From assembly GCA_963790305.1 (NCBI GenBank), contig CAWBOC010000009.1, positions 32,001 through 96,000 of the forward strand: DNA of 64,000 bases, in the 5' to 3' direction. Source of the DNA: an uncultured Gemmatimonadaceae bacterium (GTDB taxonomy: Bacteria; Gemmatimonadota; Gemmatimonadetes; Gemmatimonadales; Gemmatimonadaceae). The notes below the pieces were generated by a model. It did not search any database, was not told the DNA's origin, and was given only the letters and a program-made list of their open reading frames with translations. Positions 1 to 11,017 of the stretch are shown here, piece after piece; within the stretch, counting starts at the first letter, position 1; each line of letters begins with the position of its first letter. The position numbers and the translations under genes are program-made.

Positions 1-1151
1 CGATCGGCAATCTCCGCGTGCAGACGCTCGGCGTGGGCGCCCAGCTCGCGCATCCCGCCGAGGACGGCAACCCGTTGTCGCCCGCGGCCCACCGAATCGA
101 GCAGCTCGAGGGCCGCGCGCATGGATCCAGGGTTGGCGTTGTAGGCGTCGTTGATCAGCGTCGCGGTGCCAACCTTCTCCCAGGCGAGTCGCATCGACGG
201 CACCGGCATCGCAGCGATGCCCTCGGCGGCGAGCTCGAGCGACACCCCGCACTCCTGAGCGACAGCCAGCGCGAGCATCGTGTTGCGCAGATTGTGGAAT
301 CCCCGGAGGGGAGGTCGCACGGTCACGCCCCGAACGCTCAGGCGACCGAGGCCATCCTCCTCGACCGTCCACTCGTCGGCGTGAAGATCGCCAGACTCGA
401 GACCAGCGACGACGAGGCGGCGCGCGCGCCCTTTCGCCGCTTCGGCGATCTCCGGCTGTGCGGCGGGGACGATTCCCACACCGACCCCATCGAAGATCGA
501 TACCTTCTCGCGCATCACCCCGTCGACGCTCCCCAGTCCCTCGAGGTGCCCTTCGGCCACCGAGGTCACGATGGCGATGTCCGGCTCGGCGATCGCGCGT
601 AACGCCGCAATCTCACCGGGAATGCTCATTCCCATTTCGCATACCGCGATGTCCGCTTCATCGCGAAGCGCGAGCAAGGTGAGGGGCACTCCGATGCGGT
701 TGTTCAGGTTCCCGGTCGTCGCGTGCACGTCCAGCGCGGCGCCCAGCGCGGCGCGGGTGAGATCCTTCGTGCTCGTCTTGCCGTTGGTGCCCGTGATCGC
801 GACGACCGGCTTGCCCCACGCGCGCCGTCGAAAGCGTGCGAGGGCGCCGAGTGCCACCGTCGTGTCGGGTACGGCGAACACCGGTACGCCCAGGCCCCCG
901 GTCCGCTCCGGCCTGGCGACGACCAGCGCCGATGCGCCTTTCGCGACCGCGTCGGGCAGAAAGTCGTGCGCGTCGAAGCGCTCACCAGCGAGCGCAACGA
1001 ACAGGTCGCCTGCGGCGATGTTTCGCGTGTCGGTCGATACGCCCTGCAGCGTCGTCGCGCCACGAGGCCATTGTGTGCGAGCACGCTGGGCGGGAAAGGC
1101 GTCGCCCATGGCCGCGGCGACGTGATCGAGTGTCCAGAACGGAGTGCTCAC
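1..1151 (-). CDS. murF: UDP-N-acetylmuramoyl-tripeptide--D-alanyl-D-alanine ligase (3' end outside window)
   Basis: Manual translation from GTG at 1151 (GTGA overlap with murE stop): VSTDTRNIAAGDLFVALAGERFDAHDF, ITGTNGKTSTK, GNLNNRIGVP, INDAYNANPGSM; follows murE. Confidence 0.93.
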   Translation of the reverse strand, partial: MSTPFWTLDHVAAAMGDAFPAQRARTQWPRGATTLQGVSTDTRNIAAGDLFVALAGERFDAHDFLPDAVAKGASALVVARPERTGGLGVPVFAVPDTTVALGALARFRRRAWGKPVVAITGTNGKTSTKDLTRAALGAALDVHATTGNLNNRIGVPLTLLALRDEADIAVCEMGMSIPGEIAALRAIAEPDIAIVTSVAEGHLEGLGSVDGVMREKVSIFDGVGVGIVPAAQPEIAEAAKGRARRLVVAGLESGDLHADEWTVEEDGLGRLSVRGVTVRPPLRGFHNLRNTMLALAVAQECGVSLELAAEGIAAMPVPSMRLAWEKVGTATLINDAYNANPGSMRAALELLDSVGRGRQRVAVLGGMRELGAHAERLHAEIAD

Positions 1152-2662
1152 GTCCGTGATCCCGCGAGCTCGCGCACGATCTCACGCTCGTCGAAGGGCA
1201 GGCGCGCCGTGCCACGAATCTGATAGGTCTCGTGCCCCTTCCCCGCCAGCAGGATCACGTCCTTCGGCGACGCACTCGCCAGCGCACGTGCGATCGCCTC
1301 GCGACGATCCTCGATCCGCTCGTGTTTCCGCTGCATTCCAGTCTCGATCTCGTCGAGAATGCTCTCGGGGTCCTCGGTTCGCGGATTGTCGCTGGTGAGG
1401 ATCACGTGATCTGCAAGCCGCTCGGCGATGCCGCCCATGACCGGCCGCTTGCCACGATCGCGATCGCCGCCGCAGCCGAATACGACGGTGAGCCGACCTT
1501 CCACGAACGGGCGCACTGCATGCAGCGCGCGCTCGAGCGCGTCGGGGGTGTGTGCATAGTCGCGCAGAACCGTCGGACGCTCGTGCACGATCTCCAGGCG
1601 ACCGGGAACCTGTGGAAGGGTCGCGAGGCGTCTCGCCACCTCATCGACCGACACGCCGGTTGCGATGGCCGCCGCCGCGGCGCCGAGCGCGTTCACGACG
1701 TTGAAGTCCCCGATGAGCGGCAGCGTGACGTCCGCGCGGTGGGCCTTGCGCCCGCTCACCTTCGAGGGCTCGACGACGAGCGTCCACGCACTGCCGCGCG
1801 GCGTGTATCGCACGTCATCGGCCCACACCTCGGCACCCTGACCGCGCGATCCGAATCGCAGCCGTCGCGGTCCCGGGGGTAACGCCGTCCACGCGACGTC
1901 GTCGGCATTCACCACCGCGACGCCATTCGTCGAGAGATGCGATACGAGACGCGCCTTGGCGTCGAAGTACAGCTCCATCGTCCCATGATAGTCGAGATGG
2001 TCGCGCGTCAGGTTGGTGAAGACGGCGGTCTCGAAGCGCATCCCTTCAATGCGACGCTGCGCGAGGGAGTGTGATGACACTTCCATCGCGACCGTGCGGA
2101 CGCCGCGATCCCTGAGTGTCCGCAGGACGCGCTGCAGCTCGATCGGTCCGGGCGTCGTGAGCCCTGCCCCGCCCTCGAGGGGAGCGCCCGCACTCCCGAT
2201 CAGCACGCCAATGGTTCCGATCGACGCGCTGGCCGCGGCGGGCTCGTCGAGCAGATGCCGGAGCATCCCGACCGTGGTCGTCTTCCCATTGGTGCCGGTG
2301 ACGGCGATCGCACGAACGGCGCTCGAGGGATCGCCAAAGAAAGCGGCCGCGGCAATCGCGGCGGCGCGACGTCCGTCCCGCACGACGATCGCTGGCAGCG
2401 TCGCGCGAGCCGCATCCTCGACGATCGCGACGGTGGCTCCCCGCTGCTGCGCGTGAGCCAGGTAGTCGTGGCCATCACGCTCGGTGCCGCGCACCGCCAC
2501 GAACAGCGCACCGGAACGAACGGTGCGCGAGTCGTCGACGATGTCTGTCACGGTCGTTGGGAGGATCCCTTCGACGGACAACAGGAGCTCGGCGCGGCGG
2601 AGCGCCTCGACGATTGGCGCGAGCGCCGTCGCCTCGACGACCTCCGCGCCGGCGACCGACAT
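1148..2662 (-). CDS. murE: UDP-N-acetylmuramoyl-L-alanyl-D-glutamate--2,6-diaminopimelate ligase
   Basis: VTGTNGKTT, MEVSSH, FTNLTRDHLDYH, DYAHTPD, DNPR (mDAP-type), AGKGHE motifs. Confidence 0.96.
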   Translation of the reverse strand: MSVAGAEVVEATALAPIVEALRRAELLLSVEGILPTTVTDIVDDSRTVRSGALFVAVRGTERDGHDYLAHAQQRGATVAIVEDAARATLPAIVVRDGRRAAAIAAAAFFGDPSSAVRAIAVTGTNGKTTTVGMLRHLLDEPAAASASIGTIGVLIGSAGAPLEGGAGLTTPGPIELQRVLRTLRDRGVRTVAMEVSSHSLAQRRIEGMRFETAVFTNLTRDHLDYHGTMELYFDAKARLVSHLSTNGVAVVNADDVAWTALPPGPRRLRFGSRGQGAEVWADDVRYTPRGSAWTLVVEPSKVSGRKAHRADVTLPLIGDFNVVNALGAAAAAIATGVSVDEVARRLATLPQVPGRLEIVHERPTVLRDYAHTPDALERALHAVRPFVEGRLTVVFGCGGDRDRGKRPVMGGIAERLADHVILTSDNPRTEDPESILDEIETGMQRKHERIEDRREAIARALASASPKDVILLAGKGHETYQIRGTARLPFDEREIVRELAGSRT

Positions 2663-4642
2663 CACCGATCGCTCACGAGCCTGACGAGCGCCCCCTCACG
2701 AAGCATGGCGCCGGCGTTGGGCCACGTCGCGGATGCTGCTCCCGTCGCGGCACCCAGCTGAACGCGGAAGCCCGCGCGATGCAGCGTGCGAACCGCTTCC
2801 CGGAGCTGCATGCCGCGAACGTTAGGCACCGCTCGCGAAGCCTTCCCCCCTCCCGACAGGGCAGCCGCCCGAGCGTTGCCCGCCAGCGGCAGATCGACCA
2901 CGTGCCTCGGGAGCTGCTCCTCGACGACCCGCTCGGCCTCGCCAAGGCCCTCCGCGTGCGGACCTGCCTTCGCGGCTGCCTCGAGCGACTCTCTCGATGC
3001 CAGCGCACGCCGATCGAGCGCAGCGTCGCGGGCCGCGATGGCCGCTTCGAGGACGGCGCGCGTCACCGGCGCAGCGGTCTGGCCGCCGTAATACGCGCCG
3101 GTGGGGCGGTCGATCTTCACCAACACGACGTATTGTGGTGCGTCGGCGGGAAAGAAGCCGACGAAGGACGCCGTATACTCGCTCGCGGCATAGCGCCCTC
3201 CGCGAGCCACACGGGCCGTGCCCGTCTTCCCTGCCACGGAGAAGCTGCCCAACCCGGCGCCGCCACCGGTGCCCTCCTCGACCGCTCCGACGAGCATGCC
3301 GCGAACGGTGGCCGCGATCTCTTCGCTCATGACACGACGGACGACGCGGCGCTCGTGACGGAACCGAACGGTCCCATCGGGATCCCGGATCTCGCGCACG
3401 ATCGTCGGCTCGAGCAGCTCGCCTCCGTTGGCGATCGCGGCGTACGCGACAGCCAGCTGCACGGGCGTGACCGCGATCTCGTAGCCCATCGCGAGCGACG
3501 CGGGAGACATGCGCGTCCACTCGTCAGGGGTCATCAGCGTGCCGCCCGCCTCGGAGGGAAACGGGACGCCGGTGGGCGTACCGAACCCGAGATCGCGCAG
3601 CACTTCGTACTGCTCTCGCGGCGCGAGCCGGGAGCTGAACTTTGCGATGCCGATGTTGCTGGAGTGTCGGATGACATCGGTGAGCGTCATCGATGCTTCC
3701 GCGTGCACGTCGGTGATCGTGCGGCCCTCGAGCGTGTAGACCCCGTTCTCGGTGTCGATACGCTCGTCAGGCTTCGCGCGGCCGGTCGCGAGCAGGGCTC
3801 CGGCGAAGAATGGCTTGAGGGTGGAGCCGGGCTCGAAGGGAGCGCTCAGCGCCGGCACGCCGGAGAATGACCCATCGGTGCGATGACTGGCGAGCGCGCG
3901 CAGCTCCCCGGTATGCGGATCGAGAATGACGACGTCGCCCCCCGCCGCACCCATGCGCGCGACCGCATCGCGAAGCGCGCGCTCGGCGATGTCCTGGAGC
4001 TCCCGACTCAACGTCAACACGACTTGATGCCCTTGCACCGGCGCGCGGCCCGACTCGCCGGAGGAGCTCGCGCGGCGCCCACGCGCATCGCGCGCGACCA
4101 GCAACGTCCCTTCCTTGCCGCGCAGCAGCGAGTCGAGGGCAAGCTCGAGCCCGTCGATCGGCTGGTCGTCGGCGCCAACGCGTCCCACCACGCGGCGCAT
4201 GGCCTCGCCATGGGCATAGACGCGGTCGATCGCGACCTCGGTGTACACCCCGCGCATCGCGGTCACGTTCGAGGCATCGACTGGAAGGTAGCGACCCGGG
4301 AGCACCACCCATTTGCGTTTCGCGTCCGTCGCGCGCGCGACCCACGCGGGTGGCACGCCGAGCTTTCGCAGCGATTTGCCGAGGAGGCGTCCGATCACGA
4401 ACTTCCTGCGGTGCGATCGAGAGCTTCACCAGCTCGCGACTCTGCGCGAGGGGAACGCCGCGCGCATCGAGCAGCGCGCCGCGGGGCGCGGGAATCGCTT
4501 TCGCGCCGTAATGCTGTTTGTGCGCACGCGCGGCCCAGGCGCGACCTTCCCAGAGCTGGACCTGCGCGGCGCGGACGACGAGCAGCCCGGCGAACGCGCT
4601 GAGCGCGCCGTGTACGACCTGCGAGCGAGTGAGGCGGGGCAT
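2662..4642 (-). CDS. ftsI: Cell division penicillin-binding protein (FtsI/PBP3-like) with C-terminal PASTA domain; apparent frameshift near 4390
   Basis: N-terminal TM and PAPRGALLD in ORF 3767..4642 continue into ORF 2662..4398 with SxxK (STLK), SxN (SSN), KTG and a PASTA-like VPNVRGM; dcw position. Confidence 0.9.
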
Positions 4643-4948
4643 CTACGTGCCGGAGCGGGGGGAGCGCGGAAGGATCACGACCTGCGTATCACTCGGGACT
4701 CGCATCCCGAGCCGCCGCTCGGCGATAGGCGCGAGCGTCGAGCGGCTGGCGGCCTCGCGAATCTCGTTCTCCAGTCGTGCCTGCTGCGCCTCGAGCTGGA
4801 CGACCTGCTGCTCGAGCGCGCGCAGGTCCGCCGCCTGCGAGATCCCCGCGGCCCTACGCCAGATGACGCCTGTGGCGATCAGAACGAAACCGAGGAGTCC
4901 GAGCGCGACGAGCGAGCGGCCTCGGAGCGCTATCCGGCGCTTCGCCAT
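4643..4948 (-). CDS. ftsL: Cell division protein FtsL-like (single TM plus coiled coil)
   Basis: [30 protein letters not shown], leucine coiled coil, IAERRLGM; lies between rsmH and ftsI. Confidence 0.75.
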   Translation of the reverse strand: MAKRRIALRGRSLVALGLLGFVLIATGVIWRRAAGISQAADLRALEQQVVQLEAQQARLENEIREAASRSTLAPIAERRLGMRVPSDTQVVILPRSPRSGT

Positions 4949-5886
4949 GCGCGCAGCCTCGCCGACCTCGCCCGCGGGTTTCTCCGCCACCTCGGCCGGG
5001 CTCGCCGTAGATGGGGCGCCGCGTGTACCAGCTCCCCCAGGGCGCGTCCGCGGCAGGTGCAGACGGGCTGGCGTCGGAGGGCACACGCACTCGCGTGCTC
5101 CAGTCGCGGAATGCGCCCTTCACAATGCGGTCCTCGCCCGAGTGGTACGCGATCACCGACAATTGATTCCGCCCGGCTCGAGGTGATCGCGGAGCGCCGG
5201 GAGCGCATGGGCGAACCCGCCCAGCTCGTCGTTGATCTCGATGCGGATGGCCTGAAAGAGACGGGCGAAGTCGGGCGGCCCCGAGCGCGGTCCGAGGGCG
5301 CCGCGAATGGCGCCCACGAGGTCATCGCTGATCGCGAAGGGACGATTGGCGCGGCGTCGGACGACCTCTCGCGCGAGGCGCGCGGCACGGCGCTCGTCTC
5401 CGTATTCGCGAAAGACGCGCAGCAGCTCCAGCTCCGCCGTTTCGTTGAGCCAATCGGCGGCGGTGAGCGGCGTGTCGTCGCCCATGCGCATGTCGAGGGG
5501 CGCGCCTTCCCGAAACGAGAAGCCGCGACGCGGATCATCCAGTTGATGCGAGGAGACGCCAAGGTCGAGCAGAATGCCGTCGAAGCGAGCGGGACCGAGC
5601 TCGGGGATGCGTCGAGGTCGGCGTAGTTGCCAAGGAGGGCGCGGAAGCGGGAGGACTGCTCGTACTGGTGCAAACGGGCACGCGCCGCGGCGATCGCCTC
5701 CGGATCCCGATCGAGCGCTGTGACTCGCGCGCCTTGCTCGAGCAGCAAGAGCGCGTGTCCACCTCCGCCCAGCGTTCCGTCGAGCACGTGCGCACTTCCA
5801 CGCAGGAGGTCAGAGACCTCCTTGGCGAGAACCGGCGCGTGGTATGCGCTCGCCCACCGCGACTCGTTCGTTCGCAACGCGGTCAT
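4930..5886 (-). CDS. rsmH: 16S rRNA m4C1402 methyltransferase (several apparent frameshifts)
   Basis: [69 protein letters not shown] spread over three frames. Confidence 0.9.
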   Translation of the reverse strand: MTALRTNESRWASAYHAPVLAKEVSDLLRGSAHVLDGTLGGGGHALLLLEQGARVTALDRDPEAIAAARARLHQYEQSSRFRALLGNYADLDASPSSVPLASTAFCSTLASPRINWMIRVAASRFGKARPSTCAWATTRRSPPPIGSTKRRSWSCCASFANTETSAVPRASRERSSDAAPIVPSRSAMTSWAPFAAPSDRARGRPTSPVSFRPSASRSTTSWAGSPMRSRRSAITSSRAESIVGDRVPLGRGPHCEGRIPRLEHASACALRRQPVCTCRGRALGELVHAAPHLRRARPRWRRNPRARSARLRAWRSAG

Positions 5887-5914
5887 TCTAGCGGCGCATG
5901 GAGCGCAGGGTCAA
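5885..5914 (-). promoter_or_regulatory. Putative sigma70 promoter for the dcw cluster
   Basis: TTGACC-18nt-TAGAAT on minus strand; the -10 overlaps the ORF ATG, so the in-frame TTG at 5877 may be the true start. Confidence 0.5.
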
Positions 5915-5984
5915 GCTACGCAGATCACAATCGGCACCACGAAAAACGCCGCGGCTTGGTGCTTGCTTGCACTCGCGACCACGA

Positions 5985-6891
5985 ATGCCCCGCACGGTCC
6001 GAAAAGAGCTCATGCTCATCATGCACGGCCAGCGCGCCGACGAACGACGCGCTGCGCCATCTGGTGTCGTGGGTGCGCGACAAAGGACATTCAGTCGATC
6101 CCCGCGTGACGTGGGAGAAGGGCGATGGCATTCGCTTCGCGCGCGAGGGCGCCACGCGTGGCGTCGACGCGGTCATCGCGGTGGGCGGCGATGGCACGAT
6201 CAACGAGGTGGTGAATGGGCTCGATGGCAGCGACGTTCCGCTGGGCATCGTCCCGCTCGGGACCGCCAACGACTTCGCGCGGCAAGTCGGCATCCCGGAT
6301 GATGTCGATCACGCGATGGATGTTGTGCTGCAGCACCGTCCCCGCACGATCGACACCGCGGAACTGAATGGGCGACGGTTTCTCAACGTCTCGAGTGGCG
6401 GCGTAGCGGCGGAGGCGACCGCGGAAACGCCCACCGAGGCCAAGGAGCAGCTCGGCCCTCTCGCCTATGCGATCACCGGCGTTCGGAAGCTGGCCGATCT
6501 CCAGCCGCGCCGGGCGCACATCACCGGTCCCGGCCTCGATCTCAACTGCGAGTTTCTCATCTTCGCCGTCGGAAATGCACGCAGCACCGGCGGTGGCGCG
6601 CGCATCACGCCGCGCGCCTTGGTGACCGATGGCTTGATCGACATTTGCATCGTCGAGGCGATGCCCCGCGCCGACTTCGCGAAGCTCCTCATGCGCATCA
6701 AGAAAGGCGAGCACCTCGGCGAGGCGCGCGTGCGATATCTCCAGCTTCCATCGGTCACGATCGCCGCGGACGGGCCGGTGACGGTGAACGTGGATGGCGA
6801 GTCCTCGGAGGCGACGACGCTCACCTATCGCGCCCGACCGAAGGACCTCCGGATTCATGTTCCGCATTTGCCGGAGGAGGCGCAGGAGTAA
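5985..6891 (+). CDS. yegS: YegS-like diacylglycerol/lipid kinase (apparent frameshift near 6040)
   Basis: RVTWEKGD, GGDGTINEVVNG, PLGTANDFA, NVDGE; N-terminus MPRTVRKELMLIMHG is in another frame. Confidence 0.85.
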
Positions 6892-6899
6892 TGACAAAG

Positions 6900-6932
6900 C
6901 GGCCCGACACCGGAGTGGTGGCGGGCCGTCTT
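6900..6932. terminator. Hairpin between convergent genes (possible bidirectional terminator)
   Basis: CGGCCCG..ACC/GGT..CGGGCCG stem right after the yegS stop. Confidence 0.35.
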
Positions 6933-6952
6933 CGAACCAACTGCCTTGCCCC

Positions 6953-8681
6953 CTATCCGCGGCTGCCCTTGCAGATAGTTCTTTTTCTGCCCTTCAACCG
7001 CTCGCGTGTACTGCGGAATCGCGTTGAGCAGCTGCGTCGAGGCTTCTTGCCTGCACCTGCGCGCCGCTGCGGCAGGTGAATCATCGCCGTCACGAACGAA
7101 TCCTCGGCGAGCTGTGCCAGCTCGCAGCTCTTCGCCTTCTGGTTCTCACGTGCCGCCTGATCGCCGACGCTGAACGCCGAGGCGCCGAGCAGGAAGCTGA
7201 TCGTGGGATTCGGGGCGATCGAGTCGGCCTGCGTCAGGAGACGCACCGCTTCCTGATAGTCCGCGCGCGTTTGCGACTGTCTCGCCGCGCGGAACTTCTT
7301 GTTCGACTCGACGAGCATCAACTGCCCAACGAGGTTCTTGTCCTCGCCGGCTGCGACGGCTCGCTTCGCCGACGCAAATGCGCTGTCGGTCTGGCCGAGG
7401 TCGACGAGCACCTGCGCTCGACCGAACCACCCGTGCTCGACGTTCGGATTGATGCTCAGTGGCGCGATCGATTGCGGTCAGCGACTGCTGAAGCTGGCCA
7501 GCGCTGCGAAGCATTCTGGCCGTACGTGGACCAGAGTGCGGCGTTGTTGGGAAACTTCGCCACGCCGCGCGCGAGCGTTTCGGCTGCCTTCTGTGGCTGA
7601 CTATCGGAGTCGTATGCGACCGCGAGACGGAGGAAGAAGGCGGTGTCCGCCGACGCGGAAGTATCGACACGCGCGAGGTCTTCGCCGGTCTTCGTGGCGC
7701 CCTTCCAGTCCTTCGATGCGAGCTGGATGAGGAAGAGGAGGTTCGTCAGAGCGCGGATCGCCGGGGTTCTGCTCGACCGCCTGCTCGATAATCGGCTTGG
7801 CGATTTCCGGCCGGCCGCTGGCCGCGATCTCGTTCACGACTTCCGAGACGAGCTTCGCGTCGTTCGGGTAGAACCGAATGAGGCGACCCCACGTCTGCAC
7901 TGACTTGTCGACCTGATTGGCCGCCTTGTAGGCGAGACCGAGCTGCTCCAGCGCCGGACGGCTCATCGAGTCGACGGCGAGCACGGCTTCGAGCACCGGA
8001 ATGATCGAATCCGGCGGGCCTTTCTGCGTGGTCAGCGCGCGCGCAAGGCACACGCGCGCCATCGTCGCCTGCGGGTACTCGGTGAGCGCGGTGCGGGCGG
8101 CGGTGGCGGCGCCGGCGCGCGTTGCCGTCCCGGAGAGCGTTCTCGCAGCCGCGGACATCATCGAGCTGCTTGCGCGCTTCCTGGATCGACGCGACCACCG
8201 CTCGCGCGGCGTCCTCGACCTTGGCGGCCTCTGCAGATGGCAGCGGCTGTACCATCGCGTTGTCGCGCGTGAGCACCATGCGCGTATCGAGACGATAGCC
8301 GGCTGGCGTACGCGTCACGCTGCCCTCGAGGTACTCGTCGCCGCGAAGCTGCGCGGCGAGGAGACGCGCGGTAATCGGGTCGGGGGCCTCGTCAGGCGGA
8401 AACCCGGAGCCCTGAAGAATCGCCTCGACATCAGCTCGCGGGATGACGTACATGTCGCGAATGCGATATGCCGTCGACAACCGCGAGCGGATGGCGTCGG
8501 CCGCCTGGACGGCGACCTTCTTGTCCGCCGACTTGAGCGGCAGCACGGGAAAACGAGGGGCATCGGCGGGAGGCGCGACCGGACGGCGCTGCGCCTCGAG
8601 CGTCGACACCTCGGTCGCGCCCAGCGCGGCGACGATGCCGATCATGGTCGTCGCCCCACGAACCAATGGCTTCACTGTCAT
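6953..8681 (-). CDS. Secreted tetratricopeptide-repeat protein (several apparent frameshifts)
   Basis: GGAGG RBS before ATG 8681; signal peptide ending LEA-Q; helical TPR-like segments across ORFs 7746..8750, 7601..8161 and 6953..7411. Confidence 0.65.
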
Positions 8682-8749
8682 AACCTCCAAGACGTTAGCT
8701 CCTACTACCCGGTTTGCCGCACGGGGGTCCTCAAACGGGCCCGCGGGCA

Positions 8750-8823
8750 TGGGCGAAGAGGGACTCGAACCCCCGACATCCTGCGTGTAAGGCAGGCGCT
8801 CTAACCAACTGAGCTATTCGCCC
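8750..8823 (-). tRNA. tRNA-Val (TAC), no encoded CCA
   Basis: GGGCGAATAGCTCAGTTGGTTAGAGCGCCTGCCT-TAC-ACGCAGG...GGTTCGAGTCCCTCTTCGCCCA cloverleaf. Confidence 0.96.
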
Positions 8824-8888
8824 GAACGCGCGGATGCACGTGCCGCCGGGAGCCGCAAAAGCCCCGAAGCCGGACGCCGCGCGCGCCG

Positions 8889-9059
8889 TTATTTCAGAAT
8901 CGCCAGGGGAACGAGTACGCAATACCCGAGCACAAGCATCACGGGTGCCAGGGTAATTCCTCCGCGGGCGAGATCCGCGTACCCGATGCCAAGCGCGAGA
9001 AGCGCGGCACCCCACCACAGTGCCGCGCGCCGCCGCGACCGCGTTTCCGAATTGGGCAT
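8889..9059 (-). CDS. 56-aa membrane protein with two hydrophobic segments (not in ORF track)
   Basis: MPNSETRSRRRAALWWGAALLALGIGYADLARGGITLAPVMLVLGYCVLVPLAILK*; strong promoter immediately upstream. Confidence 0.7.
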   Translation of the reverse strand: MPNSETRSRRRAALWWGAALLALGIGYADLARGGITLAPVMLVLGYCVLVPLAILK

Positions 9060-10120
9060 AGGCGTTTAGTGTACCCGGGCTCACAAATGGTGTCAAGAAA
9101 ACCCGAGGTGCTCGAGGCACGTCGAGGTGCGTCGAGGTGCTCAAGGTGCGGCTGCGGTTCTGGGCGCGAGGCTTGCCCTCGATCACCTCGAGCACCTGGA
9201 GCACCTTGGTCTCCAAGCAACGCCGCCAACGCACTCTCCCGCGCCGCACGCTCCGCGGCGGCATCGGCGGCCCGCATCGCCTCCAGGCGCCGACGGTCAC
9301 GGCGCCGCCGCGCCACGTAGAGGGGCACCACGACGAGCATCAGCAGCGCCGCCGCCAGCGAGAGATCGGCCGCGATCGCGAGGGCGCCGTACTGCCGGCG
9401 GGTCCGCTGTCGCCATCGCTCCTCGAACTGCGCCTGGGTCACGCCGAAGGCGCGACGGATCGAGACCTCCAGCGATCGCGTTTCGCGCCAGTACTGGAAG
9501 AAGAGCGTGAGCCCGCGCTCCGGATCCAGCGCGGCGAGCTCCGCGACCGCCCGATGCGCGAGCGCGTACGCGGCGTCGGCGCGCGAGGCGCCGCCGGCGA
9601 ACGTCGCATCGAGCGAATCGAGCGTCGGCATTCCGCGCACGAGCAGGGCGACGCTCGTCGCGAGCACCTCTTCTCGACCCCATTCCCCTGCCGCGACGCT
9701 GGCGTAGCCCTCGTGGAACCATCGCGGCGGGAGGTCGCCTAACGCCTCGTCGAGCGCGAGGTGCGCCAGCTCGTGCCGCAGGACGACCACGCGGGGATCG
9801 CCGGCATCGGAGCCGGCGGTGCGGCCCTGCATGATGATCGTGCGCTGCGCGGGAAACGCGATCGCGGCGCCCCACTCCGGGGCCGCGGGACCGATCCATT
9901 CACGAAATCGCCGCTCGTCGGGTGCCACCGCGATGACGACGCGGGCGCGCGGCCGCGGCAGCCAGGGGAAGCTGTCCCGCTCGGCCGCGGCGGTGAGCAG
10001 CGAGCGCATGAGCTGGTTGTCACTCGGATACCCGATGATCGTGAAACGATCCCGGACGAGGCGATGTGGCGCGCTCGGTTGTGCGAAGAGAGATGATGCG
10101 AGAACGACCGCCGCGATCAG
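8939..10120 (-). CDS. Peptidase MA-like zinc metalloprotease with signal peptide and C-terminal TM; start and stop uncertain
   Basis: LRHELAH followed by PRWFHEG; TM AAALLMLVVVPLYV; the tail overlaps a promoter and a small ORF, so the true stop is probably near 9180. Confidence 0.75.
   Translation of the reverse strand: MIAAVVLASSLFAQPSAPHRLVRDRFTIIGYPSDNQLMRSLLTAAAERDSFPWLPRPRARVVIAVAPDERRFREWIGPAAPEWGAAIAFPAQRTIIMQGRTAGSDAGDPRVVVLRHELAHLALDEALGDLPPRWFHEGYASVAAGEWGREEVLATSVALLVRGMPTLDSLDATFAGGASRADAAYALAHRAVAELAALDPERGLTLFFQYWRETRSLEVSIRRAFGVTQAQFEERWRQRTRRQYGALAIAADLSLAAALLMLVVVPLYVARRRRDRRRLEAMRAADAAAERAARESALAALLGDQGAPGARGDRGQASRPEPQPHLEHLDAPRRASSTSGFLDTICEPGYTKRLCPIRKRGRGGARHCGGVPRFSRLASGTRISPAEELPWHP
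9068..9096 (-). promoter_or_regulatory. Near-consensus sigma70 promoter
   Basis: TTGACA-17nt-TACACT, 8 nt upstream of ATG 9059. Confidence 0.75.
9104..9210. repeat. Inverted 9-mer tandem repeats (GAGGTGCTC / GAGCACCTS)
   Basis: cgaggtgctcgaggcacgtcgaggtgcgtcgaggtgctcaaggtgc ... cacctcgagcacctggagcacctt. Confidence 0.6.
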
Positions 10121-11017
10121 GCCGTGGCGCGCGACCGCGAGAGCGAGCCTCCACCCTCGACGTGCTTCAGCATCTCTCCGCAGCGCTTTCCCCATGGATT
10201 GAACTTGTTCGTGCGATGTCCGTCGCGCCACGCATCCATGGCCGCGTCCTTCTGCTCATCGAACCAGAGCGCGCGGCCGAGCTCGAAGTACGCCTCGACG
10301 AGATTCGGGCCGATTTGCAGCGTCTTCTTGAAGAAGGTCTGCGCATCCTCGTACATCTCGCGCTCGAGATACACGAGACCGAGGTAGAAGTGCGCGTACA
10401 GCGTCGCCTTCCGGTCGTTGTCGAGACGGATGGCCTTCGACAGATGCTCGATCGCCTCACCGAAGATGCGCTTCTTGAGGCAAATGTAGCCGACGTTGAT
10501 GCGCGCGAGCGCGTTGGCCGGCTCGCGCATCAGCACCTTCTGGAAGTTCAAGAGCGCGTCGTCGTACTTCTCCTGGAGCATCTGCGCCCATCCCAACAGG
10601 GACTCCGACTGCGGATCGTCGGGCGCGAGCTGCAGCGCACGCGTCAGTGCCTTCTCGGCGCCGTCGTACTCCCCGAGGGAGATGAGGCTCCATCCCTTCT
10701 CGATGAACGTCGAAGCGCCGAGGTGGTCCGCCATGGGCTTCGGACGCTCCGGAGCGAACTGTGGGGCGGCGCCGGGCGAGGTCGACGTCGCGCTCACCGG
10801 GGCCGCCGCCGCCTGCGAGGACTTCCACTTCTCGACGAGCCGCTTTACGTCGTCCTTGAGCGTCGAGAGCTCCGCGATCTGCGCTTCGACCTGCTTGAAG
10901 AGCGAGACAATGTCGCCCTTGAGCGCTTCGCGCTCAGCGGGCGTCGACGCCGCGTCGAGGCGCGCGTTGATGCGCCGCATAACGGGACCGCAAATCGCCA
11001 GCCCCGCCGTCAGGCAT
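10117..11017 (-). CDS. Coiled-coil plus TPR protein (apparent frameshift near 10975)
   Basis: N-terminal coiled coil, then five TPRs (AEKALTRALQLAP, ALARINVGY, AHFYLG, AYFELG); probable ATG at 11017 overlapping the cheW stop region. Confidence 0.8.
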
